This document shows, in pieces, positions 13,984-23,637 of a stretch of DNA of 64,000 bases. This stretch comes from Ilumatobacteraceae bacterium (GTDB lineage Bacteria; Actinomycetota; Acidimicrobiia; Acidimicrobiales; Ilumatobacteraceae). The stretch lies in the NCBI GenBank assembly GCA_044354675.1, contig JBIKZO010000001.1, positions 320 to 64,319 on the forward strand, in the 5' to 3' direction. Under the pieces are notes generated by a model that ran no database searches, was not told the DNA's origin, and was given only the letters and a program-made list of their open reading frames with translations. Each line of letters starts with the position of its first letter. Within the stretch, counting starts at the first letter, position 1. A program made the position numbers and the translations under genes.

Positions 13984-15048
13984 TTAGACCGAGCGCCACG
14001 AAACATAGGAGGCGAGGGCTAACAATTCATTGCGAGCCACATCGGTTATCGGCGCTTGTTGAATAACCGCAATCGCTTCGTCGGTCTTATTCGAAATCTC
14101 GGCCTCAAGCTGATCCAATGCGCCGGTCTCGCGGATCACTCGTTGCACGTCCGTCACTTGAGAATCGGTCAATCGCGCATGACCAACAAGTTGCAGCACC
14201 TGCAGCTGAGAAGCATTGGCGTGTTCAGTAGCAATGGCCATCAGGGGAGTCGGTTTACCTTCGCGTAAATCGTCGCCAACGGGTTTGCCCGTTGTTGCGG
14301 TATCACCAAATGCACCGAGCACATCGTCGCGCATCTGAAATGCGTCGCCGAGGGGGAGACCATACGCCGAAAATGCCGTCATCAGTTCAGTTGCCCGATC
14401 GGGGTTTGCAAGCACTGAACCCAGATGGAGTGGACGCTCAATCGTGTATTTCGCACTCTTGTATCTGCAAACGCGTTCTGCTTTTGCACGGCTTCGTTCG
14501 CTTGTGGCCGACCCAAGCATGTCAAGGTATTGACCAACATTGAGTTCAATGCGCATTTCATTCCACACTTGCCATGCGGCATGCGGTTCGCCTTGCAACA
14601 ACTGGTCGGCATACACATGCACCAAGTCGCCAACCAGAATGGCAACGCCTTCACCGAAGCGTCGCGACTCGCCCGCCCATTCGCTGGCTGCGTGTTGCTG
14701 TGTAAATTTGGTGTGAGTTGTTGGTTCACCCCGACGAGTTGCAGACCCGTCCATTACATCGTCATGAAACAACGCACATGCGTGTAGCAACTCAAGAGCT
14801 GCACCAGCATCAACAACGCGTTGATCCGTTGCATCGCCACCAGCACCTACAAAACCCCATGTGCAAAATGCGGGACGAAGTCGCTTTCCTCCGGTCAGCA
14901 CAAGTCGGCTGATCTCGGCCAGTGGGTGACCAAGGTCTTCATCAATCTCTGTCCAGCGCGCATGCTCAAACTCAAGCAATGTGCGCAGCCTCGCGTCGAC
15001 CCGCGCGGCAATATGCGCAAGTGACTGTGGGGCCTTTGGTGCAATCAT
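13984..15048 (-). CDS. polyprenyl diphosphate synthase (GGPP synthase-like)
   Basis: 354 aa. GKRLRP, first aspartate-rich motif FHDDVMD and second DDVLG/GDD region. Confidence 0.85.
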   Translation of the reverse strand: MIAPKAPQSLAHIAARVDARLRTLLEFEHARWTEIDEDLGHPLAEISRLVLTGGKRLRPAFCTWGFVGAGGDATDQRVVDAGAALELLHACALFHDDVMDGSATRRGEPTTHTKFTQQHAASEWAGESRRFGEGVAILVGDLVHVYADQLLQGEPHAAWQVWNEMRIELNVGQYLDMLGSATSERSRAKAERVCRYKSAKYTIERPLHLGSVLANPDRATELMTAFSAYGLPLGDAFQMRDDVLGAFGDTATTGKPVGDDLREGKPTPLMAIATEHANASQLQVLQLVGHARLTDSQVTDVQRVIRETGALDQLEAEISNKTDEAIAVIQQAPITDVARNELLALASYVSWRSV

Positions 15049-15064
15049 CGCAATAACTCTCTAC

Positions 15065-15313
15065 TTAGTCAGCTTCAAGCTGCGAGACGACTTCTTCTAT
15101 GCGCAGTTTTGCTTTGCCGATTCGTTCACGACACAACTCAATCAATTGCGATGCGCGTTGCACGTGTTCGGCAAGCTCGTCCACGTCTACGTCATCGCTC
15201 TCGAGTTCGGCCAAGATCGATTCGAGTTCTTCAATCGCTTCTGCGTAGCCAGTGTTTGCGTCAAGCGTGCTCGCCTTCGCTGCACTAGACGCTGGCTTTT
15301 TTGTTGATGCCAC
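15065..15313 (-). CDS. xseB: exodeoxyribonuclease VII small subunit
   Basis: 82 aa, acidic and helical. Sits directly downstream of xseA with a 1-nt overlap. Confidence 0.85.
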   Translation of the reverse strand: MASTKKPASSAAKASTLDANTGYAEAIEELESILAELESDDVDVDELAEHVQRASQLIELCRERIGKAKLRIEEVVSQLEAD

Positions 15314-16560
15314 TATTTTCCTTCTTTCTCAATTGATTCGATAGCGCTTGTTGTGGAACCGTCAGCAAGCGATGTCACGAGTTGTTGCCCGACTGACAAC
15401 GATTTAACACTGCGCACCACTTCACCCTTGTCGTTGCGGGTGATAGACCACCCGCGAGCCATGGTATTGACTGGGTCAAGCAGTCGCACTCGGTCGGCAA
15501 TTGCCTTCACCGTCATGGTTGCAATACCGAGCACTTCGCCTGGGCGGCGGCGCACTCGGTCTGCCTTTACATCCAGGTTGCTCAACGAGCGGGTGAGTGC
15601 GGTGGTCACCAGGTTCTTCACACCGATGGCGGTCTCGCTCAGATTGTGTTCTGCTGCTTGCAAGAGTTCGCTTGCATTGCTGGCGATGTCGGCCCAAGCC
15701 TGTTCGGTCGCTTGCACAAACTCTTGGACCACTTGGACAACACCTGCAGCGCAAGCAGTTGGTGTTTTAAATGCCTTATACGCAACTTCGTCCGCGATGC
15801 TGAAGTCGACTTCGTGACCAATTCCCGTAAACACCGGCTTGGCACACTTGCCGATCGCGGTCGAGGTCTCTTCGGAATCGAAGGCCAACAGATCTACTTT
15901 TGATCCACCACCGCGCACCAGCATCACAATGTCAATGTCATCGCGACGGCCCATTCGCGTGATGGCATCCACAATCGTTGGCACCGCAGCATCGCCTTGC
16001 ACGCGCACATCATGCACAAAAATCTCAAATCCAATACCTGAATTTTCGAGTTCATGCAATGTGTCTGCATGTGCTGCGCTGCCAACACTGGTGATGAGTG
16101 CAATGCGCAGTGGCACAACAGGTAATGCAACTCGACGGTTGGCGTCATAGAGGTCATTCTTCTTGAGGCGTTGCACGATCTCGTCGCGCTGGCCAGCCAA
16201 ATCGCCGAGCGTAAAGCGTGGGTCGATATTGGATGCCTTAAAACTAAAGGAGCCTCGCTCGGGGTAGATGTCACCAACACCAAACAAGCGCACCTTGATG
16301 CCATCGGCAAGTGTGAGACGATGCTGATCGAGCAACGGCTTCATTTTCTTTAAACTGAATTCCCATACCGCCACATTGAGCGAAGCCTTCTTATCGCCAC
16401 TGCGCTCGACGATGTTGAAATAGGTGTGCTTGCCACGCCCATTAAAACCTTCAATCTCTCCCTGCACCCACACGCCTGCACCAAATGCGCTCTTCAACAC
16501 TCCATTCACAACGTCAATAAATTGGCTAACGGAAAGGGTTGGGTCTTCTTCAGGCAGCAA
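15313..16560 (-). CDS. xseA: exodeoxyribonuclease VII large subunit
   Basis: 415 aa. N-terminal OB fold (VSQFIDVVNGVLKSAF...VWVQGEIEGF) and a catalytic core (RGGGS). Confidence 0.9.
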   Translation of the reverse strand: MLPEEDPTLSVSQFIDVVNGVLKSAFGAGVWVQGEIEGFNGRGKHTYFNIVERSGDKKASLNVAVWEFSLKKMKPLLDQHRLTLADGIKVRLFGVGDIYPERGSFSFKASNIDPRFTLGDLAGQRDEIVQRLKKNDLYDANRRVALPVVPLRIALITSVGSAAHADTLHELENSGIGFEIFVHDVRVQGDAAVPTIVDAITRMGRRDDIDIVMLVRGGGSKVDLLAFDSEETSTAIGKCAKPVFTGIGHEVDFSIADEVAYKAFKTPTACAAGVVQVVQEFVQATEQAWADIASNASELLQAAEHNLSETAIGVKNLVTTALTRSLSNLDVKADRVRRRPGEVLGIATMTVKAIADRVRLLDPVNTMARGWSITRNDKGEVVRSVKSLSVGQQLVTSLADGSTTSAIESIEKEGK

Positions 16561-18409
16561 AGTTGCCCCCGGCCCTCACCTGCGATGCATAAAACCCATT
16601 AAGCGCCATCAATTCGTCGTGTGTACCTTGCTCGGTTACGCGACCTTGATCCAGCACCACGATGCGATCGGCATCACGAATAGTTGAGAGTCTGTGTGCA
16701 ATCACAATCGATGTGCGGTTATGCATCGCGGCCTCGAGTGCTTGTTGCACCAACAATTCGCTCTCGTTGTCGAGATGGCTCGTTGCTTCGTCAAGGATCA
16801 TTACGGCTGGGTCTTTGAGTAGTAGGCGAGCGATAGCAAGCCGTTGTTTTTCGCCACCCGACAGGCGATAGCCACGCTCACCAACCACGGTGTCGTAAGC
16901 GTCGGGGAGTGACGCAATTACATCATGAATCTGTGCCTGCTTACAAGCGTTGATCATCTCGTCGCTCGTTGCACTTGGCCGCGCATACAGCAAGTTTGAT
17001 TTGATCGTTTCGTGAAACATGTGTGGGTCCTGAGACACAACTCCAATAGCCGCGCGAAGTGAAACACCGGTCAGGTTTCGCACATCGTTGCCATCAAGAC
17101 GCACAACACCACTCGTCACGTCATACATGCGAGCAATCAACATGGCAAGTGTGGTCTTGCCAGCACCACTTGTGCCCACAATGGCCACGGTAGAGCCAGC
17201 ATCAACACGCAATGAAACGTCTACTAAAACGTCTGTATCGGGGTCTGAACCCTGCATCACGCCAGCCAACTCAAGCGAAGCAATCGACACGCTTGCACCC
17301 GGTGGATAACGAAACGCCACGTGATCAAACTCGATGTTGCCAATCGGTTTCACGATGTCGATCGCGCGAGGTCGATCAGTAATCGCAACTGGTGCATCGA
17401 GCACTTCAAATACACGTTCAAAACTCACGAGTGCGGTCATCACTTCGAGTCGAGCATTGGTAAGGCCGGTAAGTGGTTGATATATGCGCTGCACAAATGC
17501 GGCCATAGCAACAAGAGTGCCGATGGTAATGCCGCCGGAGATCACCATAAATGCCCCTACGCCATAAATGGCAACGGCACCCAGAGCACCGACCAAGCCG
17601 AGTGCCACAAAAAATACTCGGCCATACATGGCGCCCGTAACACCGATATCGCGTACGCGCGATGCTCGACCACTAAAGGCATCAACTTCTTCGCGGTGTC
17701 GACCAAATAGCTTGACGAGCATTGCACCGGAAACGTTGAACCGCTCAGTCATCTGCGTGTTCATTGACGCGTTGAGTCCCATTTGTTCGCGCGAGATGTC
17801 TTGCAGTCGCACGCCCACACGACGGGCAGGGATAATGAACACTGGCAACACCACGAGTGACAGCACGGTAAGCCGCCACTCGAGCGCAAGCATCGCACCG
17901 AGTGTTGTTACCAACACGACGACGTTTGATACAACGCTGCCGAGCGTGCCAGTTACTGCAGTTTGTGCTCCAACCACGTCATTGTTCAGTCGGCTGATCA
18001 GTGCGCCCGTTTGTGTACGCGTAAAAAAGGCGATCGGCATGTTTTGTACTTTGTCAAACAACGCAACGCGCAAGTCGTAAATCAAACCTTCACCAATACG
18101 TGATGAGTACCATCGCTGCACAATTGACAAAATTGCATCGCCCATTGCAACGACAACCAAAATAATTGTGAGAACAACAATGCGTCGTTTGTCTCCAGCA
18201 GGAATGGCTGTGTCAACAATGGTGCGAAACAACAGCGGGGGAACGAGTGCAATGGCCGCAGCGACAAGAATTGAAATCAGAAATCCAATGATCGAGCTTG
18301 AATATGGTCGAGCAAATACCACAACTCGGCGCATCGACGAACGGTTCACTTTTGTGCCCGCAATCGCTGATTTATCACCAGGTATGAGGTGGTGTGGGCT
18401 CATTCGCAT
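16550..18409 (-). CDS. ABC transporter, fused permease/ATP-binding protein (exporter type)
   Basis: 619 aa. Six-TM N-terminal domain, Walker A GTSGAGKTT, signature LSGGEKQR and Walker B ILDEATS. Confidence 0.85.
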   Translation of the reverse strand: MRMSPHHLIPGDKSAIAGTKVNRSSMRRVVVFARPYSSSIIGFLISILVAAAIALVPPLLFRTIVDTAIPAGDKRRIVVLTIILVVVAMGDAILSIVQRWYSSRIGEGLIYDLRVALFDKVQNMPIAFFTRTQTGALISRLNNDVVGAQTAVTGTLGSVVSNVVVLVTTLGAMLALEWRLTVLSLVVLPVFIIPARRVGVRLQDISREQMGLNASMNTQMTERFNVSGAMLVKLFGRHREEVDAFSGRASRVRDIGVTGAMYGRVFFVALGLVGALGAVAIYGVGAFMVISGGITIGTLVAMAAFVQRIYQPLTGLTNARLEVMTALVSFERVFEVLDAPVAITDRPRAIDIVKPIGNIEFDHVAFRYPPGASVSIASLELAGVMQGSDPDTDVLVDVSLRVDAGSTVAIVGTSGAGKTTLAMLIARMYDVTSGVVRLDGNDVRNLTGVSLRAAIGVVSQDPHMFHETIKSNLLYARPSATSDEMINACKQAQIHDVIASLPDAYDTVVGERGYRLSGGEKQRLAIARLLLKDPAVMILDEATSHLDNESELLVQQALEAAMHNRTSIVIAHRLSTIRDADRIVVLDQGRVTEQGTHDELMALNGFYASQVRAGGNFAA

Positions 18410-18477
18410 GATGTCAGGCTAAGGCAATGTCGCTGGTTCGCTCGCGCGCGTGACAAGTCTTCTTCTAGGCTGAAACA

Positions 18478-20004
18478 ATGAAATCACACACGCTGGTGTT
18501 GCACAAATTCACTCGCGTTGCAGTTTTAACGGCATTGCTCGTACTTGTCAGTTGCGGCTCAAGTGGCACCCCAAACTCGGCCTCAAATGACTCAGCGACG
18601 TCTACAGACACAGTTTCCTTTGTGCCGGCAAGTTTTGTCTGGAAAGCCTGCGACGATTCCGCATCAACCACTTCGGTGCAGTGCAGCTCGCTCGAAGTTC
18701 CATACGATTATAACAATCCGAGCATTGGCTCATTCACCCTGTATGTCAAGTTGCGCCCAGCCACAAATCCATCACTTCGCATCGGCTCAATGATGGTCAA
18801 CCCGGGCGGTCCTGGTTTCGGCGGTAGTGCGCTCGCGGACGATTCGTCGTATTACTTCAGCACTGATCTCACCGACCATTTCGACATTATTGCTTGGGAC
18901 CCTCGTGGAACTGGCAAGAGCACTCCATCTGTTAATTGTGTCGACGACTACGACCAATATTTCGGCATCGACTCTCCGCCAGATACCCCAGAGGAGAAAC
19001 AGGCACTCATCGATGCTTCACAGGCATTCAATGACGAGTGCATGGCCAACTCTGGTGAGATTCTCCCCTATATATCGACGCAAGCAAGCGCAACCGATAT
19101 GAACAGCATTCGCCAAGCGTTGGGTGAAGACAAGATTTCATTTTTTGGCTTTTCGTACGGCTCAGAACTCGGTGCGACTTGGGCAACTATGTTTCCGCAA
19201 ACTGTGCGCGCAGCGGTGTTGGATGGAGCAGTTGACCCAAATGCAACTTCTGCCGAAGCAGGCATGGCACAAGCCAAGGGCTTTGAAGGCCAACTTGCCA
19301 CGTTTCTCGCTGCGTGCAGCAAAAACAAGGCATGTGAGTTTTATAACGGTGGCAAATCAGAGGCTGCGTTCGACACGCTGCTCCTCGATCTCGATGCCAA
19401 GCCACTGGTCGTGAGCGCCGACCGCACGCCAGTCACACAAGGCGTTGCGTTTACCGCGGTTGCTCAAGCAATGTATTCCGATTATTACTGGCCACAACTT
19501 GAAAAAGCGTTAGCCGATGCACAGCAGAGCAATGGCGCTGGACTACTCAAGTTGTACGACGATTACTATCAGCGCAAAGACGACGGCAGTTACGGCAACG
19601 AGCTTGAAGCATTTCTTGCAATCTCGTGTTTAGATGATCCAGGTGCAACAAGCATTGAAGCAGTCGATGACGCCGTACCAAGTTTTGTTGCAGTTGCTCC
19701 CCGACTTGGCGCAAACTTTGGATACGGGTATTCATGTGCACTCTGGCCAGTAAAACCCGCGCTGAAAGTTGGAGTTACTGGTAAAGGTGCTGGTTCAATA
19801 ATTGTGATTGGTACAACAGGTGATGCAGCAACACCACTGGCATCGACGCGCAAGATGGCTGCAGCACTTGAACAGGGAATCTTGTTGATTGTTGAGGCCA
19901 ATCAACACACCGGATACGGCGCAAATGAATGCATCAACACTGCGGTTGATTCGTACCTCATTAATTTGACTGTCCCCGTCAGTGAAACAACCTGCAAGAG
20001 CTAG
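18478..20004 (+). CDS. secreted alpha/beta hydrolase lipoprotein (tripeptidyl aminopeptidase-like)
   Basis: Lipobox LVSCG. Nucleophile elbow GFSYG (GxSxG). Size and C-terminal domain resemble actinobacterial TAP-like hydrolases. Confidence 0.7.
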   Translation: MKSHTLVLHKFTRVAVLTALLVLVSCGSSGTPNSASNDSATSTDTVSFVPASFVWKACDDSASTTSVQCSSLEVPYDYNNPSIGSFTLYVKLRPATNPSLRIGSMMVNPGGPGFGGSALADDSSYYFSTDLTDHFDIIAWDPRGTGKSTPSVNCVDDYDQYFGIDSPPDTPEEKQALIDASQAFNDECMANSGEILPYISTQASATDMNSIRQALGEDKISFFGFSYGSELGATWATMFPQTVRAAVLDGAVDPNATSAEAGMAQAKGFEGQLATFLAACSKNKACEFYNGGKSEAAFDTLLLDLDAKPLVVSADRTPVTQGVAFTAVAQAMYSDYYWPQLEKALADAQQSNGAGLLKLYDDYYQRKDDGSYGNELEAFLAISCLDDPGATSIEAVDDAVPSFVAVAPRLGANFGYGYSCALWPVKPALKVGVTGKGAGSIIVIGTTGDAATPLASTRKMAAALEQGILLIVEANQHTGYGANECINTAVDSYLINLTVPVSETTCKS

Positions 20005-20016
20005 TTTGCGCTAGGA

Positions 20017-21633
20017 TTAAGCAAGGCTCACCAAGTCGAGCCACTCGTTACTGAAGTAGTCCACTTGGCCGTCGGGCATGAGCAATACTTTTGTTGGAGC
20101 AAGTTGCTCCACAAATTCGGTGTCGTGACTGACCAAAATGATCGCGCCCTTCCAAGCAGACAAGGCATCGGCAACTGCTTGACGACTCGGTGGGTCAAGG
20201 TTGTTTGTTGGCTCATCGAGAAATAGCAAATTGTTGCGTCCCACCATCAACATGGCGAGTGCGAGTTTGGTTTTTTCTCCACCCGATAACGTGGCCGACT
20301 CTTGAAAGACTTTTGTGCCCGACAACCCAAACATGCCGAGCATTCCGCGCAAATCTGTTTCCGTAAGCCCGAGGCGCACGGGCGCATGTCTGCGCATGTG
20401 ATCAATGAGCGATGCTTCTGGGTCAAGGTTGTCATGCTCTTGAGCGAAGTACCCGGTTGTTACTTGATATCCGAACTCAACTTCACCGCCGTCAGACTTG
20501 CTCTCACCCGCAAGCATTCTCAACAATGTAGTTTTGCCCGCACCATTGAGACCAAGTACCAACAATCTCTCGCCCCGACCCAAGTCAAAACTCACATCAT
20601 GGAAAATGTCTGGACCGCCAAATGTTTTGCGCAATCCTGTAGCCGTGATCACTGTCTGTCCGGCAGTTGGTGGTTCAGGAAAACGAACTTTGAGTTTCTT
20701 ATCCTTTGTTGGACCTTCAACTTTGGTGTCTTCAATACGAGCGATGCGCTTTTCGATGCTGTGGGCCATCGCAGCTTTCGAAGCCTTGGCACCGAAGCGA
20801 TCAACTACACCCTGCAACCGTGCCATTTCTTTTTCTTGCATCGATGCTTTCTTGGCACGCCGTGCTTCATCAGCTGCACGAGATGATAAATACTGGGTGT
20901 ACGTGCCACGGTATTCAACAATTGATCCGACAGATTCTTCTTGTGGTCTATCTAAGTGCAAAACGCGCGTGATTGCCTCATCCAACAGCTCAAGGTCGTG
21001 ACTAATTACCAACAACGCTCCGCGGTATTCGCGCAAAAAACCTAAGAGCCACGTTTTCGCATCGATATCCAAGTGGTTGGTTGGCTCGTCCAATAACAAT
21101 GTGTCACTACCAGCAAACAAAATTCGCGCAAGCTCTACTCGGCGACGCTCGCCACCCGACAAGACACCAATAGACGCGTTCAGCCGATCGGGCTTCAACC
21201 CCAAACCAGCAGCTATTGAACGAGCTTCGCTTTCGGCGGCATAGCCACCCTTCGACGAGAATTCATCTTCTGCTTTAGAAAACTTTGCGATGTTCTGTGG
21301 CGTCGGTGACTCTTCCATTGTTAAACGCAATTTTTCGATACGCACCAAGTCTTCGTCAATGTTGCGACCAGACAAAACATGCGAGATAGCAGTGTGTGAC
21401 TCACGTGCGCCAGGAATCTTGGGGTCTTGAGGCAAATACCCAAACCCTCCCTTACGCAATACTTTGCCGGCGTGCGGCTCTACTGCTCCACCGAGCACTT
21501 TGAACAGTGTGGTTTTTCCGGCGCCGTTACGACCAACCAATCCTGCTTTGTCTCGCGGCATCACCGTGAAGGATGCTTCCTCCACAACCATGCGTCCGCC
21601 AATTTCGACGGAGAGACCTTGGACTTGTAGCAC
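20017..21633 (-). CDS. ABC-F family ATPase (two NBDs, no TMD)
   Basis: 538 aa. Two Walker A sites (GRNGAGKTT, GLNGAGKTT) and two LSGGE signatures joined by a charged linker. Confidence 0.9.
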   Translation of the reverse strand: MLQVQGLSVEIGGRMVVEEASFTVMPRDKAGLVGRNGAGKTTLFKVLGGAVEPHAGKVLRKGGFGYLPQDPKIPGARESHTAISHVLSGRNIDEDLVRIEKLRLTMEESPTPQNIAKFSKAEDEFSSKGGYAAESEARSIAAGLGLKPDRLNASIGVLSGGERRRVELARILFAGSDTLLLDEPTNHLDIDAKTWLLGFLREYRGALLVISHDLELLDEAITRVLHLDRPQEESVGSIVEYRGTYTQYLSSRAADEARRAKKASMQEKEMARLQGVVDRFGAKASKAAMAHSIEKRIARIEDTKVEGPTKDKKLKVRFPEPPTAGQTVITATGLRKTFGGPDIFHDVSFDLGRGERLLVLGLNGAGKTTLLRMLAGESKSDGGEVEFGYQVTTGYFAQEHDNLDPEASLIDHMRRHAPVRLGLTETDLRGMLGMFGLSGTKVFQESATLSGGEKTKLALAMLMVGRNNLLFLDEPTNNLDPPSRQAVADALSAWKGAIILVSHDTEFVEQLAPTKVLLMPDGQVDYFSNEWLDLVSLA

Positions 21634-21685
21634 CCACTAAGAGTGTCAGAGGTATGACCCACCAACAACCTGTAACTAAGAAATA

Positions 21686-21775
21686 TGGCGGAAGGGGTGG
21701 GATTTGAACCCACGGTGGGCCTAAACCCACGACGGTGTTCGAGACCGTTCCATTCGTCCGCTCTGGCACCCTTCC
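21686..21775 (-). tRNA. tRNA-Ser (anticodon CGA)
   Basis: Hand-folded. Acceptor GGAAGGG/CCCTTCC, anticodon stem ACGGT/ACCGT with loop CUCGAAC, long variable arm, TPsiC GGTTCAAATCC, encoded CCA. Confidence 0.9.
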
Positions 21776-21795
21776 GTTTTGGAAGGCTATCGGCG

Positions 21796-22257
21796 TTAGT
21801 CGGTGGCGCGCTTTTGAGCGAAAAACTCTTTCAACAACAGTGTTGCCTCGCGCTCACACACCCCATGTTTCACAACTGGATTGTGGTTGAGCCGAGGGTC
21901 GCTGCACACGTTGTACAAACTTGATGTTGCTCCGCCTTTGAGGTCGGCGGTTGCATATACAAGAGTCTCTACTCGTGCATTGATGAGTGCACCGGCACAC
22001 ATAACGCACGGCTCCAATGTCACGACAAGGGTGCAATCGTTCAGTCTCCAGCGACCGAGTGCGGTGGCTGCATCGCGCAATGCAAGAATCTCTGCATGGG
22101 CAGTTGGGTCACCCGCTGCTTCCCGCTCATTGTGTCGAGCTGCAATGATTTGACCGTCATGCACAACGACGGCACCAACTGGCACGTCGCCAGATTCGCT
22201 GGCCAATTGCGCTTGTTGCAGCGCAACCTGCATGGCTTGTTCGTAACTGATACCCAT
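21796..22257 (-). CDS. tadA: tRNA-specific adenosine deaminase TadA
   Basis: Start at MGISYEQ (22257); an alternative internal Met lies 7 codons downstream. Motifs HAEILA and PCVMCAGA. The upstream part of ORF 21796-22338 is translated tRNA. Confidence 0.9.
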   Translation of the reverse strand: MGISYEQAMQVALQQAQLASESGDVPVGAVVVHDGQIIAARHNEREAAGDPTAHAEILALRDAATALGRWRLNDCTLVVTLEPCVMCAGALINARVETLVYATADLKGGATSSLYNVCSDPRLNHNPVVKHGVCEREATLLLKEFFAQKRATD

Positions 22258-22344
22258 GGCGGAGGAGGTGGGATTCGAACCCACGGAGACTTGCGCCTCA
22301 CACGCTTTCCAAGCGTGCCGATTCGGCCGCTCTCGCACCCCTCC
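22257..22344 (-). tRNA. tRNA-Ser (anticodon GGA)
   Basis: Hand-folded. Acceptor GGAGGGG/CCTCCTCC region, anticodon stem CACGC/GCGTG with loop UUGGAAA, long variable arm, encoded CCA whose A is the A of the tadA ATG. Confidence 0.9.
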
Positions 22345-22449
22345 TAAATAACATCACCGCGGTTTAATGCGACGGTTGCAGGCTATCGCCCAGCGATCAA
22401 TGCACGCCGCGGCGGTATCGTAACGGTGTTCGCAATAGTGTGAATCCGT

Positions 22450-22570
22450 CTCCGTCGAGTGAGGTGGCGGTCGGGTCCTGTGCAACGGACGCCCGAGAAT
22501 CAGGTCAGAGTCGGAAGACAGCAGCCTTCATCGGAAACGTCTGAGTGCCGCAGACCACCTGGCCGTCACT
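22450..22570 (+). ncRNA. ffs: signal recognition particle RNA (small bacterial type)
   Basis: Core CAGGTCAGAGTCGGAAGACAGCAGCC matches the conserved domain IV (CAGGUCAGGUCCGGAAGGAAGCAGCC in E. coli 4.5S) with a GGAA tetraloop. Closing helix GAGGTGG (22461) / CCACCT (22555). Ends are approximate. Confidence 0.7.
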
Positions 22571-23327
22571 TCAGTCGGCGGAGACGAAAGTGAATTCCAA
22601 GTAACACTGTGGTCAGCACTTTCCCAATCAGTGCTATCGAGCGGAAATTTCCCGACGACGATGTGCCGTGCAAACGTGGCGCCATTGCAACACCAATTTC
22701 TTCGACGTGATATCCAGCTCGCCCTGCTACGACCACGGTTTCAAAAGTGTCTCCGAGATAATAAGCGGGCAAATTTAATGCGAGTTCGCCAAGCAGGGGT
22801 TGACGAATCAACCTGAACCCTGATGTTGAATCTGTAATTATGTTTTTTGTTGCGCGCTGTGCAACTTTTGAAAGCGTCCACATTGCAAATCGTCTTAGCA
22901 AACTTGGATCGTGCGTGGTGTTCTCCGAACCAAATCGACTACCTATCATCATGTGAGAAGCGGTTTTATTCGTAGAATCAACCAAATCGATCAGATGACT
23001 GGGTAGATGTTGTCCGTCTGCATCGCACTGAATAACTGCAGCAAAACCGTTCTCGACTGCATAGCGAAAACCGCAGCGCAGGGCACCACCCACACCCGAA
23101 TTCAGTGGGAGCGAAACAACATGGGCACCATATTGGTGTGCAACCTCTGCGGTTTGGTCAATACTCCCATCGTCCACCACGAGAGTCTGAAAACCAAACG
23201 TACGAACTTGATCCACGACTTGACCAATGGATTTGGCTTCATTGAAAGCCGGAATGACAACAAGGACATCACTTACTTGCAGCACGGGAATCTTCCGCTG
23301 CTTTTTTCTGTAATGCCAAATCCTCAT
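22566..23327 (-). CDS. glycosyltransferase family 2 (polyprenyl-phosphate sugar synthase / GtrB-like)
   Basis: Motifs VVIPAFNEAKSI, VVDDGSIDQT and QCDADGQH, typical of DPM1/GtrB-type GT2. An alternative GTG start at 23285 reduces the overlap with the upstream gene. Confidence 0.8.
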   Translation of the reverse strand: MRIWHYRKKQRKIPVLQVSDVLVVIPAFNEAKSIGQVVDQVRTFGFQTLVVDDGSIDQTAEVAHQYGAHVVSLPLNSGVGGALRCGFRYAVENGFAAVIQCDADGQHLPSHLIDLVDSTNKTASHMMIGSRFGSENTTHDPSLLRRFAMWTLSKVAQRATKNIITDSTSGFRLIRQPLLGELALNLPAYYLGDTFETVVVAGRAGYHVEEIGVAMAPRLHGTSSSGNFRSIALIGKVLTTVLLGIHFRLRRLK

Positions 23328-23628
23328 TCAGTTGTTGCAACTGTTTTTGCATACCAGAGATACTGATGGAGAGCTGAATACACAAAGCCAACAGAATTAT
23401 TATTGCGCATGCGCCAATGAGTGCGAAAGCATCAAGCTGCAACTTTGTGGCAAGTGGTTTAATCAATGGAATCAAGAGTCCAGTAAACGCACTGACTACA
23501 CAGAGGGTTAGCCAGCCGATTGTGTAACGAAAAGATATTCTTTGGCGCCGAGCAAGATACAAAATTGAAATTGTAAACACCAGTGCTACCACAGCAATTT
23601 CAATGGCTTGGACGACCTGCTGGCTCAT
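23269..23628 (-). CDS. small membrane protein (DUF2304-like) paired with GT2
   Basis: 119 aa with three or four hydrophobic helices and a charged C-terminal helix. The pairing with a GtrB-like GT2 is a recurrent actinobacterial arrangement (from memory). Confidence 0.5.
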   Translation of the reverse strand: MSQQVVQAIEIAVVALVFTISILYLARRQRISFRYTIGWLTLCVVSAFTGLLIPLIKPLATKLQLDAFALIGACAIIILLALCIQLSISISGMQKQLQQLNEDLALQKKAAEDSRAASK

Positions 23629-23637
23629 ATGCCAATA

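Noticed and set aside
21685-22347. ORFs translating through tRNA-Ser genes: 21685-21924, 22096-22347 and the N-terminal part of 21796-22338. Similar cases are 43394-43649, the 5' parts of 42994-43575 and 43705-45372, and 57289-57735.
   Set aside because: Peptides such as GSNPT/GFEPT are the usual signature of a translated TPsiC arm. The sequences fold as canonical tRNAs.
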